The position numbers and the translations under genes were made by a program. From an uncultured Bacteroidota bacterium (GTDB lineage Bacteria; Bacteroidota; Bacteroidia; NS11-12g; UBA9320): DNA of 64,000 bases. This document shows, in pieces, positions 48,171 through 57,911 of this stretch (position 1 is the stretch's first letter; each line of letters opens with the position of its first letter). Location of the stretch: positions 100,776 through 164,775 of the forward strand of contig CAKZLB010000046.1 in the NCBI GenBank assembly GCA_937124965.1. Direction: 5' to 3'. The notes beneath the pieces were generated by a model. It saw only the letters and a program-made list of their open reading frames with translations. It did not search any database and was not told where the DNA came from.

Positions 48171-49500
48171 TTGTAATGAATAACTTACTAAATTTCCCAC
48201 CATTCTTCACTTCGAATCTACATCGCCAGTGATCCGTGCAAAAAGTTTCTTCAAATCCGTTCGGCCACACCTTCACGCCTCGATTGGTAATCATGGTGAG
48301 CGTTGTTTCGTCGTTTAACTTTTGAAGTTTTGCTGCTAATTGGTCAGGATTACTTCCTTTCCAATCGACAAACAAATCGACGCCTTTTAATTCCTTATTC
48401 TGCGGTGCTGGGCGCTTATACTCAGGAATTTTAATAGAAACCGTAGAATCATATTTAGCAGGTTTAAACATTTTTGGAATTGATCCTAAACGCTCAATGA
48501 CCGCCTCGCCAAATTCTTTCGTACCAACTTTCGATGAACTAACTCCATCTTTATAAATATCGACAGTATGAACGCCGTCTTCTAGTGTTTTTAACCATGC
48601 GTTCTCAATTTTTTCAGCAATGTCTTGTTGTCCAATTTGATTTAACATCAATACCGATGCGCGTAATAATCCTGATGGATTGGCAATATTTTTTCCTGCA
48701 ATATCGGGTGCCGAGCCATGAATAGCCTCAAACATAGAACAGGTTTGACCGATATTCGAAGTTCCTACAAGTCCAACCGAACCAGAAATCTGAGCAGTTA
48801 TGTCAGAGATAATATCACCATATAAATTTGGCATTACCACAACATCGAAAATCTCTGGCGTGTCTGCTATTCTTGCCGCTCCAATGTCAACAATCCAGTT
48901 ATCAGATTCTATCTCTGGGTATTCAGCTGCAATTTCTTTAAAGACTTTATGAAACAAACCATCGGTGTGTTTCATAATATTGTCTTTGGTAAAACAGGCT
49001 ACCTTTTTTCGACCATATAACCTGGCATACTCGAAGGCATAACGGATAATTTTTTCAGATCCGGGTCGAGTTATCAACTTAAGACATTGCACTACCTCGT
49101 CTGTTTGTTGATGCTCGATGCCGGCATAAAGGTCTTCTTCGTTTTCTCTAATAATTACAACGTCCATTTCTGGATGTTTTGTAGAAACAAAAGGGTGGAA
49201 ACTCTGGCATGGTCTGACATTACCAAAAAGCCCTAAAGACTTTCTCATGGTTACGTTCAGACTCTTATATCCTCCCCCTTGAGGTGTGGTGATTGGTGCT
49301 TTTAAAAACACTTTGTTTCTGCGGATACTTTCCCACGCCTCCTCTCCTATTCCACTTGAATTTCCCGCTAAATATACCTTTTCACCAACTTGAATTTCTT
49401 CAAAATCAATGCGCGCACCTGCGGCTTTTAAGACTGCCAACGTTGCGTCCATTATTTCTGGACCAATTCCATCTCCTTTTGCGTATGTAATCTTTTGCAT
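48067..49500 (-). CDS. icd: NADP-dependent isocitrate dehydrogenase
   Basis: AKGDGIGPEI, PITTPQGGGYKSLNVTMRKSLGLFGNVRP, VIIRENEEDLYAGIE and NLYGDIISD blocks align with E. coli Icd. 477 aa with a C-terminal extension. Confidence 0.8.
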   Translation of the reverse strand: MQKITYAKGDGIGPEIMDATLAVLKAAGARIDFEEIQVGEKVYLAGNSSGIGEEAWESIRRNKVFLKAPITTPQGGGYKSLNVTMRKSLGLFGNVRPCQSFHPFVSTKHPEMDVVIIRENEEDLYAGIEHQQTDEVVQCLKLITRPGSEKIIRYAFEYARLYGRKKVACFTKDNIMKHTDGLFHKVFKEIAAEYPEIESDNWIVDIGAARIADTPEIFDVVVMPNLYGDIISDITAQISGSVGLVGTSNIGQTCSMFEAIHGSAPDIAGKNIANPSGLLRASVLMLNQIGQQDIAEKIENAWLKTLEDGVHTVDIYKDGVSSSKVGTKEFGEAVIERLGSIPKMFKPAKYDSTVSIKIPEYKRPAPQNKELKGVDLFVDWKGSNPDQLAAKLQKLNDETTLTMITNRGVKVWPNGFEETFCTDHWRCRFEVKNGGKFSKLFITSLLNHAIVADIDVIKTENLYDFNGNRGYSLGQGQ

Positions 49501-49625
49501 TGATTAATTTTTCACAAAAAAAGAGACATTTATTCATAATTTTATATTTATTCTATTTCTGAATTACATAACTTTTATTTATGTTTTTCAAAACTTCAGG
49601 GCATCTAAAAAATCCGATTGTACAC

Positions 49626-49662
49626 AAAAAAGTCCTAACCGAATGAACAGTTAGGACTTTTC
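49626..49662. terminator. Bidirectional terminator-like hairpin in the lpdA-icd intergenic region
   Basis: AAAAA-AGTCCTAAC-(10 nt loop)-GTTAGGACT-TTTT. A-tract and T-tract on either side. Downstream of lpdA on the minus strand. Confidence 0.5.
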
Positions 49663-50021
49663 AATCCTGTCCTAAATATTTTTACATATAGTTCTACTTG
49701 GCTTATCAGCCAAACCGATTTTACTTTTTGGCTTGAACCAAAAAGTAAACAAAAAGTTCAAGGCTCCTTTGGCGTTGTTCGTTTCCGCTAGTTTTTCTTG
49801 GAATCCTGCGGGTGATTCTCGAACAAGTTCTCGACTTCCCTTGGATTTGACCAAAAAAACTTCTCGGACACTCCACCTCCAAAAATGCCATTACCTAAAC
49901 AATAAATTTAGATAGGTAGTAAACGCGAGATCATTCAAAGTACACCTTGCCTTTGTTCATTGGGATCCCAAGCATTACTAAAAGGACGTTATATAGGACT
50001 TTTGATAATTTTAAGTTGTCT

Positions 50022-51407
50022 TTATAAATGAATTACTTCGTCGTAAGCTGCTGCAGCTGCTTCCATAACCGCCTCGCTCATCGTTGGGTGCGGGTGAACA
50101 GATTTAATAATTTCATGTCCTGTTGTTTCCAATTTACGTGCAACAACTACTTCAGCAATCATTTCAGTTACATTCATACCAATCATGTGGGCTCCTAAGA
50201 ACTCGCCATACTTAGCATCAAAAATAACTTTCACAAAACCTTCTTTTGCTCCTGCAGCACTTGCTTTACCACTTGCCGAAAACGGGAACTTACCAATCTT
50301 CAACTCATGTCCTGCTTCTTTTGCTTTTGCTTCAGTCATTCCAACGGATGCAATTTCTGGTGAACAATACGTACAACCAGGTATATTGCCATAGTCTAAT
50401 GGCTCTGGGTTATGACCAGCGATTTGCTCCACACAAATAATTCCTTCTGCACTTGCGACGTGTGCTAATGCTGGACCAGCAACGATGTCTCCAATGGCGT
50501 AAACTCCAGGAACATTTGTTTGATAGTAATCGTCAACAACCACTTTTCCTTTTTCGGTTTTAACACCCATCATTTCTAAGCCAATGCCTTCCAGGTTGGT
50601 TTGAACTCCTACCGCTGATAATATAATGTCGACGTTCATTTCTTCCATTCCTTTTGACGTTTTGATAGAAACTTTACATCCAGTTCCAGAGGTATCAACT
50701 TTTTCGACAGATGAATTGGTCATCACGTTTATGCCTTGTTTTTTGAATTCCTTTTCTAATGCTTTGGAAACGTCTACGTCTTCAGCAGGAACGATGTTTG
50801 GCAAATACTCCACCAACGTTACTTCTGTACCCATAGCGTTGTAGAAATACGCAAACTCGCTTCCTATCGCTCCACTTCCTACAATAACCATTGACTTAGG
50901 AAGTTTTGGCAAAACCATTGCCTCATGGTATCCAACTACTTTCTTCTTGTCTATTTTCAAATTTGGCAATTCTCTTTCTCGAGCACCCGTTGCCAATATG
51001 ATATTTTTTGCTTCAACAATAGTTTTTTTACCATCGTTATCAACTTCAACTTTTCCCTTTCCAACAAGCTTCCCAAATCCAGTGTGAATCTCAATTTTGT
51101 TCTTTTTCATTAAAAATTGAATTCCCTTGCTCATTCCGTTCGCAACGTCACGGCTTCGTTTTACAACCGCTCCAAAGTCTGCAGATGCATCTTTAACTTC
51201 AATACCGTAATCTGATGCGTGATTGATATAACTAAAAACTTGTGCTGATTTCAGTAATGCCTTTGTCGGAATACAACCCCAGTTTAAACAAACTCCACCT
51301 AACTCCGCTTTCTCTACAATCCCTACTTTCATGCCTAACTGTGCGCCACGTATTGCGGCTACATATCCTCCAGGTCCACTACCAATAACTAATAAGTCAA
51401 ATGCCAT
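50022..51407 (-). CDS. lpdA: Dihydrolipoyl dehydrogenase
   Basis: FAD site GSGPGGY, redox disulfide GGVCLNWGCIPTK, NAD site VIVGSGAIGSEFA and interface domain HPHPTMSE. Confidence 0.95.
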   Translation of the reverse strand: MAFDLLVIGSGPGGYVAAIRGAQLGMKVGIVEKAELGGVCLNWGCIPTKALLKSAQVFSYINHASDYGIEVKDASADFGAVVKRSRDVANGMSKGIQFLMKKNKIEIHTGFGKLVGKGKVEVDNDGKKTIVEAKNIILATGARERELPNLKIDKKKVVGYHEAMVLPKLPKSMVIVGSGAIGSEFAYFYNAMGTEVTLVEYLPNIVPAEDVDVSKALEKEFKKQGINVMTNSSVEKVDTSGTGCKVSIKTSKGMEEMNVDIILSAVGVQTNLEGIGLEMMGVKTEKGKVVVDDYYQTNVPGVYAIGDIVAGPALAHVASAEGIICVEQIAGHNPEPLDYGNIPGCTYCSPEIASVGMTEAKAKEAGHELKIGKFPFSASGKASAAGAKEGFVKVIFDAKYGEFLGAHMIGMNVTEMIAEVVVARKLETTGHEIIKSVHPHPTMSEAVMEAAAAAYDEVIHL

Positions 51408-51471
51408 TATCTATTTTTTTTGCAAATGTATAATTAACTTGAATAAAAGAGGGACACTATTGAATTGATGC

Positions 51472-54348
51472 CTACAAATTAAAAACGGATGGATAACCAA
51501 CGAGTATTGTCTTAACGCGTTGATCTTGGAAATACGGCTCGTTTTGAAGCAGATGTAAGAAATCGCCATGCCTAATGTTTATTTCAACATTCCATGTGTG
51601 ATACTGAATGGCTGGCGAAATCTGGTTTTGCAATTGAGCTTTAACAAAAGTATACAGAGCTGCATCAAAAGAAATACTGCTCACTTTTTGATATTTCAAC
51701 TGCTTGATTAGTTCTACTGCCTTATTTCTCTGTTCATCTTGAGTCATTTGAGCAATCTCAGTCGGTAAATAATAACTTACGTCAAATCCCTGTTGAGCAA
51801 TTAATGAAACGTTATAATCCGTTGCACTGGTTTCAACAATCAATTTCTTCTTTAAACCAAAAAGACTGTCAATTTCATTTAATCCACGGATACAGCGTTG
51901 CAGATTTTCCTTGTTGATATTCTTTATATCTAACCAAACTTTGGATACGTCTCTTAAGTCAACCGAAATCAAATAGTCTTTCAGTTGTGTGTTGCTCATG
52001 GCATCATCTTCACCGTGACCAACAAGTAACTGACCATTGACAATTTTTATGTCTAATTCGATCACTTCAAAGCCATCACGTTGCACTTCGTTCAATTTCC
52101 CAAAAGAATTTACACGATGTATTCCTACCCGACTTAGCTGATTGAGACTTTTTAATGAATCTTTATTTGTTAAGGTATTTGTATACTGATTTGACGGTGA
52201 ATCATACAATAGTCGACCTCCTTTTGTCTTGAAGGTATCCACTGCAAATCGAAAATCGGTTAGGTCATAAACGGGATTATAGTACGGTGTTTCCACTCCA
52301 GTAAGACTCAACGCTAATTGAAAGAACAAATCATTTGAAAACCTCTGCCCCTTTGAATCCTCAACAGCATCCCATATCAATGGATATCTCTCCTTGTATT
52401 CCTTATCCGCCCAAATAAACATGGGTATTTGAGTCATTCGATAGGTAAATTGTCCCGAATTATGGCCTCGTCCACCACTCAAATCTTCTGCATGATCAGC
52501 AAAATACGTCATAAGCTTTACATCTCCAGGAGCATCACTCAGGACGTCTTGTATTTGGCCTAATACATAATCATTGTACAAAATTGAGTTATCATAAGCT
52601 TCCCATGTAGAAACTTCTCGATCAGATCCAAAATCACTTTTACCTCGTGAAGGTAGTTTCTTAAAGGATGCTGGATACCTCTCGTCGTATTTACCATGAT
52701 TTCCTAATAAATGGATAAAAATGGCCTTATTCTTTGAAGACTTTGTATCAAGAATTTTCTCTAATTCAGGTATTAAGGATTCATCGTAGGGACTTTTAGA
52801 AACAGCCTCTCCGATGTTCTTATTGACAAAAATCTGCTTCTTGCAACCGCTCGCTATTGCTGAAACGATGTTATCCCAATTACTCAGTTTTACTTGATTG
52901 CTTAACCAAACGGTTTCAAAATCAGCAGCGTTTAAGATGTTTATCAAACTTGGCACCTCGGTGTACTTCAAACCATTATATTGATTCGATTGGGTTAAAG
53001 CGTCCTGCAACACCATAATGGTATGGGTATGACTTGAATAAGCCTCGCTAAAAACTTCAATTTCTCTCCGCGAATTCATAGAATCTAAAAACGGAGTGGT
53101 TTTGCGGTGATACCCATACAACGACATGTGCTCTTTGCTTTGAGATTCGCCAATCACAAATATGTATGTTTCACCAGTTTCGTCTTTTGAGGCAGTTATG
53201 CTCTTAGGTTGATTGAATCGGTTTTGAACCTCATTAAACTTCGCTATCTCTTCGTAATATTGGAAGTATGCTGCCGAAGTATCTGTCAGGAAATTGCTCG
53301 AACCGATCAATCCAACCACAACTAAGCCAGACAAAATCATTGCAATCAAATGGTTTATTTGCAAACTCTTTTTGGCAATTCTATTTTCTATCCATAAAAG
53401 AAAAAATGGAACTATTAAAAGCAGCACCAAGGCTCCGATAGTTAAGACATTCAGTTCAGAAATGGCAAATTCGAGGGTTTCTGAAATGTTCGACTGCAAC
53501 ACCGCGACAATGGTATCGTAATCTATTCTAAAACCAAATCGTTTGTAGTTCCATACAAATCCAGCTAAAATAACGACGACAGCTAAAAGCAGATAGTCGT
53601 AAATTAAAACAAGGATTCCGCTAATGAATCGTATCGGAAATTTTGACACCAGAAAACGCAACAAGGCGAGTCCCATAAAACCAAATACGAATCCAATCAT
53701 TGGAATAATCCACTCCGTTGAAGGATACAAATGTTCATTGTAAACAGACAGTAGAAACGCTAAACTTGGTAGAACAAAGTGATACCCTTTAACAAAGTAC
53801 ATCAGTATCAACCCACACAAAAAGTATAAGAGGATTACGACGTAAATAAGCAATTGATTTTTAGAATTACTAAGCTCAAATTTTACTCCAACCTCAGAGT
53901 TGCTATGCGCCGACGCACGAACGTGTATTTTAAAATAATCACCTTTTCTAAGTTTTATACTTCTTACTTGAACCGAGTTTAAAACATCAAAAGAATCAAT
54001 ATCTACACCATTAATAGCATACAAAAGTTGACAACCAGTCTCGCTTTTTTTAGTTTGAAATTTAAACCGATAGAACCCAGATGTTTTAATAAACAGTTCG
54101 GCTGTTGCTGTTTGGCTTTGATACGCAACAAAATCAATGACCCCATTGTAATCCACTACATAACCATCTGAAGTGTCGGTTTGAATTGCAAGTGAATATT
54201 GGTCATGATTAACCGCAACCGTTGCTTTATTGAACGGTTTTAATATCATCACAAGGGCAAGTAAACTAAGAACAAATAGCATCCATCGAAGCCAATTATA
54301 CCAAGCCCTACTGCCTTTCGACTTTACTATTTCCCCTGATTCTTCCAA
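51472..54348 (-). CDS. Large multidomain membrane protein: N-terminal beta-rich domain + polytopic TM + EptA-like sulfatase-family (phosphoethanolamine transferase) domain + C-terminal GDPD-like phosphodiesterase domain
   Basis: Sulfatase block TYIFVIGESQSKEHMSLYGYHRKTTPFLD. C-terminal IHRVNSFGKLNEVQRDGFEVIELDIKIVNGQLLVGHGED resembles the GDPD HR...E..D block. Five or more TM helices between them. Confidence 0.7.
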   Translation of the reverse strand: MEESGEIVKSKGSRAWYNWLRWMLFVLSLLALVMILKPFNKATVAVNHDQYSLAIQTDTSDGYVVDYNGVIDFVAYQSQTATAELFIKTSGFYRFKFQTKKSETGCQLLYAINGVDIDSFDVLNSVQVRSIKLRKGDYFKIHVRASAHSNSEVGVKFELSNSKNQLLIYVVILLYFLCGLILMYFVKGYHFVLPSLAFLLSVYNEHLYPSTEWIIPMIGFVFGFMGLALLRFLVSKFPIRFISGILVLIYDYLLLAVVVILAGFVWNYKRFGFRIDYDTIVAVLQSNISETLEFAISELNVLTIGALVLLLIVPFFLLWIENRIAKKSLQINHLIAMILSGLVVVGLIGSSNFLTDTSAAYFQYYEEIAKFNEVQNRFNQPKSITASKDETGETYIFVIGESQSKEHMSLYGYHRKTTPFLDSMNSRREIEVFSEAYSSHTHTIMVLQDALTQSNQYNGLKYTEVPSLINILNAADFETVWLSNQVKLSNWDNIVSAIASGCKKQIFVNKNIGEAVSKSPYDESLIPELEKILDTKSSKNKAIFIHLLGNHGKYDERYPASFKKLPSRGKSDFGSDREVSTWEAYDNSILYNDYVLGQIQDVLSDAPGDVKLMTYFADHAEDLSGGRGHNSGQFTYRMTQIPMFIWADKEYKERYPLIWDAVEDSKGQRFSNDLFFQLALSLTGVETPYYNPVYDLTDFRFAVDTFKTKGGRLLYDSPSNQYTNTLTNKDSLKSLNQLSRVGIHRVNSFGKLNEVQRDGFEVIELDIKIVNGQLLVGHGEDDAMSNTQLKDYLISVDLRDVSKVWLDIKNINKENLQRCIRGLNEIDSLFGLKKKLIVETSATDYNVSLIAQQGFDVSYYLPTEIAQMTQDEQRNKAVELIKQLKYQKVSSISFDAALYTFVKAQLQNQISPAIQYHTWNVEINIRHGDFLHLLQNEPYFQDQRVKTILVGYPSVFNL

Positions 54349-54477
54349 TTATTGTATTCTCGGCGCAAACATACAATATCAAGACTTCACTTTTTAGGAC
54401 GTTTCTTATGCACTTTTTACTAAGTAACCTTTATTGTTACATTGTTTTGTAACAACTTTGCCGCTTTAAGAACGCAC

Positions 54478-55746
54478 ATGTTAGAAGTACAGCATATTAG
54501 AGAAGATTTCGAAGGCATTAATGGCCGTCTTTCAAAAAGAGGGAAAAGTTTTGAAGATGCATTGAACAAAGTGCTTGAACTAGATGATCAACGCAAGCAA
54601 ACACAAACTACGTTAGACGGTATGTTGGCCGAAATGAATGCGATTTCGAAAGAAATCGGCATCTGCTTTAAATCAGGGAAACGAGATGAAGCGGAAGCAC
54701 TCAAAGCCAAAACTGTTGAAATCAAAGAATCTTCAAAGCAATTGGAAAATACGCTAAAAGAAACCATAGAAGAATTGACCAATGCGTTAACTCAAATTCC
54801 TAACGCACCGCACGATTCTGTTCCAAATGGAAAAACTCCCGAAGAAAACGAAATTGTACTTTCTCATGGAGACATGCCTGAATTAGCGCACAAACTTCCA
54901 CACTGGGAACTTGCTGAGAAATATGATTTAATTGATTTTGAACTTGGTGTAAAAATTACTGGAGCTGGTTTCCCTGTGTACAAAGGGAAAGGTGCAAGAC
55001 TACAACGTGCGTTAATTAACTTCTTTCTTGACGAAGGATTGAAGCACGGATACAACGAAGTTCAACCACCGATTTTCATTAATGAGGCATCCGGTTTTGG
55101 AACAGGTCAATTACCCGACAAAGAAGGTCAGATGTATCACATGACGGTCGATAACCTATTTGCGATTCCAACGGCAGAGGTTCCGATTACCAATTTATAC
55201 CGAGACGTAATTGTTAAAAAAGAAGATTTCCCAATTAAGAATATGGCGTATACACCATGTTTTAGACGAGAAGCAGGAAGTTACGGTAAAGACGTTCGTG
55301 GTTTAAATCGCTTGCATCAATTCGACAAAGTCGAAATCGTTCAACTTGCGCATCCTGATGAATCGTATACCATTTTAGAAGAAATGAGTTCATATGTTCA
55401 AAGCTTGCTTCAAAAACTTGGATTAAACTACCGAGTATTACGATTATGTGGCGGAGACATGGGATTCACCAGTGCTTTAACGTACGACATGGAAGTGTAT
55501 TCTGGTGCTCAAGAACGATGGTTAGAAGTTAGTTCTGTTTCGTGTTTTGAAACATACCAAAGTAATAGGCTAAAACTTCGATTTAAGAACGAAAACGGCA
55601 AAATGCAATATGCCCATACGTTAAATGGAAGTGCACTTGCGTTACCTCGAATTGTTGCAGCCTTATTGGAAAACAATCAAACCGAAAACGGAATTGAAAT
55701 GCCAGAGGTATTACGACCGTATTTGGGTTTTGATCGGATAGATTAG
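54478..55746 (+). CDS. serS: Seryl-tRNA synthetase
   Basis: N-terminal coiled-coil arm and class-II motifs (FRREAGSYGKDVRGLNRLHQFDKVE, GSALALPR). Start set at MLEVQHIRED. Confidence 0.9.
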   Translation: MLEVQHIREDFEGINGRLSKRGKSFEDALNKVLELDDQRKQTQTTLDGMLAEMNAISKEIGICFKSGKRDEAEALKAKTVEIKESSKQLENTLKETIEELTNALTQIPNAPHDSVPNGKTPEENEIVLSHGDMPELAHKLPHWELAEKYDLIDFELGVKITGAGFPVYKGKGARLQRALINFFLDEGLKHGYNEVQPPIFINEASGFGTGQLPDKEGQMYHMTVDNLFAIPTAEVPITNLYRDVIVKKEDFPIKNMAYTPCFRREAGSYGKDVRGLNRLHQFDKVEIVQLAHPDESYTILEEMSSYVQSLLQKLGLNYRVLRLCGGDMGFTSALTYDMEVYSGAQERWLEVSSVSCFETYQSNRLKLRFKNENGKMQYAHTLNGSALALPRIVAALLENNQTENGIEMPEVLRPYLGFDRID

Positions 55747-55774
55747 AGGCCAAAAACATTTTAATAAACCATAA

Positions 55775-56908
55775 ATGAATCGAATAATAATCATTGGAAA
55801 CGGTTTTGACCTCTCGCATGACTTAAAAACTAGTTATGGCGATTTTGCCCTGCATCACATAAAACTTGCCTATCACAAGTTAGTGGATAAAAACTCTTCT
55901 GGCTCTAAGTTATTTAGTCTGCAAAGAGGAGATTCGTTCTATGACCATGAAGAGGTAAAAGATATTGACACTTATCGTTCTATGGTTAAAAACGGTAGTA
56001 TTATTGTTTTGAAACCGAATCAGACTGGAAATAATGTCAATAATAGGCTTTTTTCGGACTCTTTAGATTTTCTAATAGACCAAAGATGGGTTGATTTTGA
56101 AATATCTTTTTATCAATCTTTAACAGAAGTTTTGGATAAACCAAATTTGTATATAAAAAATGGACGACTAAATCGAGATGGTTTATCGTATGTTGCGGAG
56201 AGAAACAGACAACTTGAAGAAATTAAAGTTGAACTAGAAAAGTATATTGTTACTCAAGTAATAAACAAAACTGAAGTGGTTCAATTTGATTCTTACATGA
56301 ATCTTTTCTATGAACGATTATTTCACCACAGTACTGATCCAAAATATCCTCAACAAACTTGCTTTCTTAATTTTAATTACACGAATACTTTAGAACGCTA
56401 CACAAGCAAAGTCTATGTCCAAGAAGCAAAAATTGAAACTAAAAAAATCGACGTTATTAACATTCATGGAACTGCAGGAGACGTGAATAATCCTATAAAT
56501 TTTGGTTATGGTGCAGAGCTAGATGGCCGATTTAAGGAGTTACGAAATCTTCACGAAAACTCAATTTTAAAGTTTGTTAAGAGTTATGATTATCATTTAA
56601 ACTCTGATTATCAAAAGCTGCTAAAATACCTTAAAACAGATTATGAAGTGTATATATTTGGGCACTCTTGTGGTCAATCAGACGGAACAATACTCCATCA
56701 ATTACTTGACAATCCTCGCTGTAAAAGAATTAAAATTTTCCCTTTTAAAAGCTCAGAAAACTTTAGGACAATTACACAAGAAATATCTGGACACTTTGAA
56801 GATTGGAAAGAGATGTATCACAAGATAACTCCCTTCACTGAAACAGATTTATGTCCTCAGTACTCTGATCGGCATCTTATTAAAACACTTTTTCCTAATG
56901 TAAATTAA
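55775..56908 (+). CDS. AbiH-family abortive-infection protein
   Basis: N-terminus MNRIIIIGNGFDLSHDLKTSYGDF and later INIHG...INFGYG...YIFGHSCGQSDGTILHQLL reproduce the conserved AbiH blocks. Confidence 0.7.
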   Translation: MNRIIIIGNGFDLSHDLKTSYGDFALHHIKLAYHKLVDKNSSGSKLFSLQRGDSFYDHEEVKDIDTYRSMVKNGSIIVLKPNQTGNNVNNRLFSDSLDFLIDQRWVDFEISFYQSLTEVLDKPNLYIKNGRLNRDGLSYVAERNRQLEEIKVELEKYIVTQVINKTEVVQFDSYMNLFYERLFHHSTDPKYPQQTCFLNFNYTNTLERYTSKVYVQEAKIETKKIDVINIHGTAGDVNNPINFGYGAELDGRFKELRNLHENSILKFVKSYDYHLNSDYQKLLKYLKTDYEVYIFGHSCGQSDGTILHQLLDNPRCKRIKIFPFKSSENFRTITQEISGHFEDWKEMYHKITPFTETDLCPQYSDRHLIKTLFPNVN

Positions 56909-56909
56909 C

Positions 56910-57191
56910 CTACTCCTCCACCTTCACACCTTTCCAAAAAGCAACTTTCCCTTCGATGCTTTTGGCTAATTCGCTGGTTTTTGGATAGTACCACGCCGCG
57001 TCTTTGTTTTCTTGACCGTCGACTTCTACGGTGTAATACGATGCCTCCCCTTTCCATGGACAGGTTGAATGCGTGTTGCTTGGTTTAAAATATTCCTTTT
57101 TTATTGATTCTACTGGGAAGTAAGGATTTCCTTCTACATTTACGGTTTCATCGCTCTCGGCGACTACGGTATTATTCCAAATGGCTTTCAT
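56910..57191 (-). CDS. DUF427-family protein
   Basis: MKAIWNNTVVAESDETVNVEGNPYFP...STCPWKGEASYY is the DUF427 signature. 93 aa. Confidence 0.7.
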   Translation of the reverse strand: MKAIWNNTVVAESDETVNVEGNPYFPVESIKKEYFKPSNTHSTCPWKGEASYYTVEVDGQENKDAAWYYPKTSELAKSIEGKVAFWKGVKVEE

Positions 57192-57220
57192 TGTTATGCT
57201 TTAGTGTTATCAACTCGTTT

Positions 57221-57790
57221 TTACGTGTTTTGTTCATTGTTTGCTCGAAAAGATTCTTCCCAAGTCTTCACATCCTCGATGCTCGGATACAGAGAGTTTA
57301 GCTTTTTAATATACCTCCAAGGGAAAAACGCTGGATTGCGACCAAACTCTTTAGAAACAACTAGTTCTTTTATCAGACCATGCTCCACAGCATTACGATC
57401 GGCCGTAATTTCTGCTTTTTTCAAAAACGATTTACTGAAATAATATAAAACACCAAACCATGCTAAGTCCCAACTGCCCCGTAGCTTGTAATCCAACACG
57501 TGACCTAATTCATGACCCAACCAGCCTATCATCACATCGGATGGAACCCGATTATTCGGTACTTTCTTATTCTTAAGAAAGAATTTCTTCCTCATGATGA
57601 TTTGATATTCTCGTCGTTCTTTGGGTCGAAACAACGTTGGAACCTTGGGTTGTGCCAGCATAAACGAGTGTTGCGTAAAAATACCCCACCGAAAATGGAT
57701 TGGCACATTGCGTAATTCGGGATAATGCGACAACGCTTTTTCGACTTCCGCTTTAATTTTACTTGGATACTTTTTATTCCCAACCCGCAT
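57221..57790 (-). CDS. HExxH-motif putative zinc metallopeptidase-like protein (ImmA/IrrE- or DUF4157-like)
   Basis: MIGWLGHELGHVLDY with a downstream Glu/His (ADRNAVEHG). No signal peptide. Lies 29 nt upstream of DUF427 on the same strand. Confidence 0.4.
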   Translation of the reverse strand: MRVGNKKYPSKIKAEVEKALSHYPELRNVPIHFRWGIFTQHSFMLAQPKVPTLFRPKERREYQIIMRKKFFLKNKKVPNNRVPSDVMIGWLGHELGHVLDYKLRGSWDLAWFGVLYYFSKSFLKKAEITADRNAVEHGLIKELVVSKEFGRNPAFFPWRYIKKLNSLYPSIEDVKTWEESFRANNEQNT

Positions 57791-57911
57791 GTGTCAAATG
57801 TAAAAAACTTTAACAGTCGAATGAACGTTCTATAAAAACAATCAGGCGCACTGCACCTATATTTATCTGAATTAATGGAAATGTATGAAGACTAATTGAT
57901 ACTTTTGAGCT

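Noticed and set aside
49672-49915. Two 60-aa ORFs on opposite strands in the lpdA-icd spacer
   Set aside because: They overlap each other and the hairpin region. Likely non-coding.
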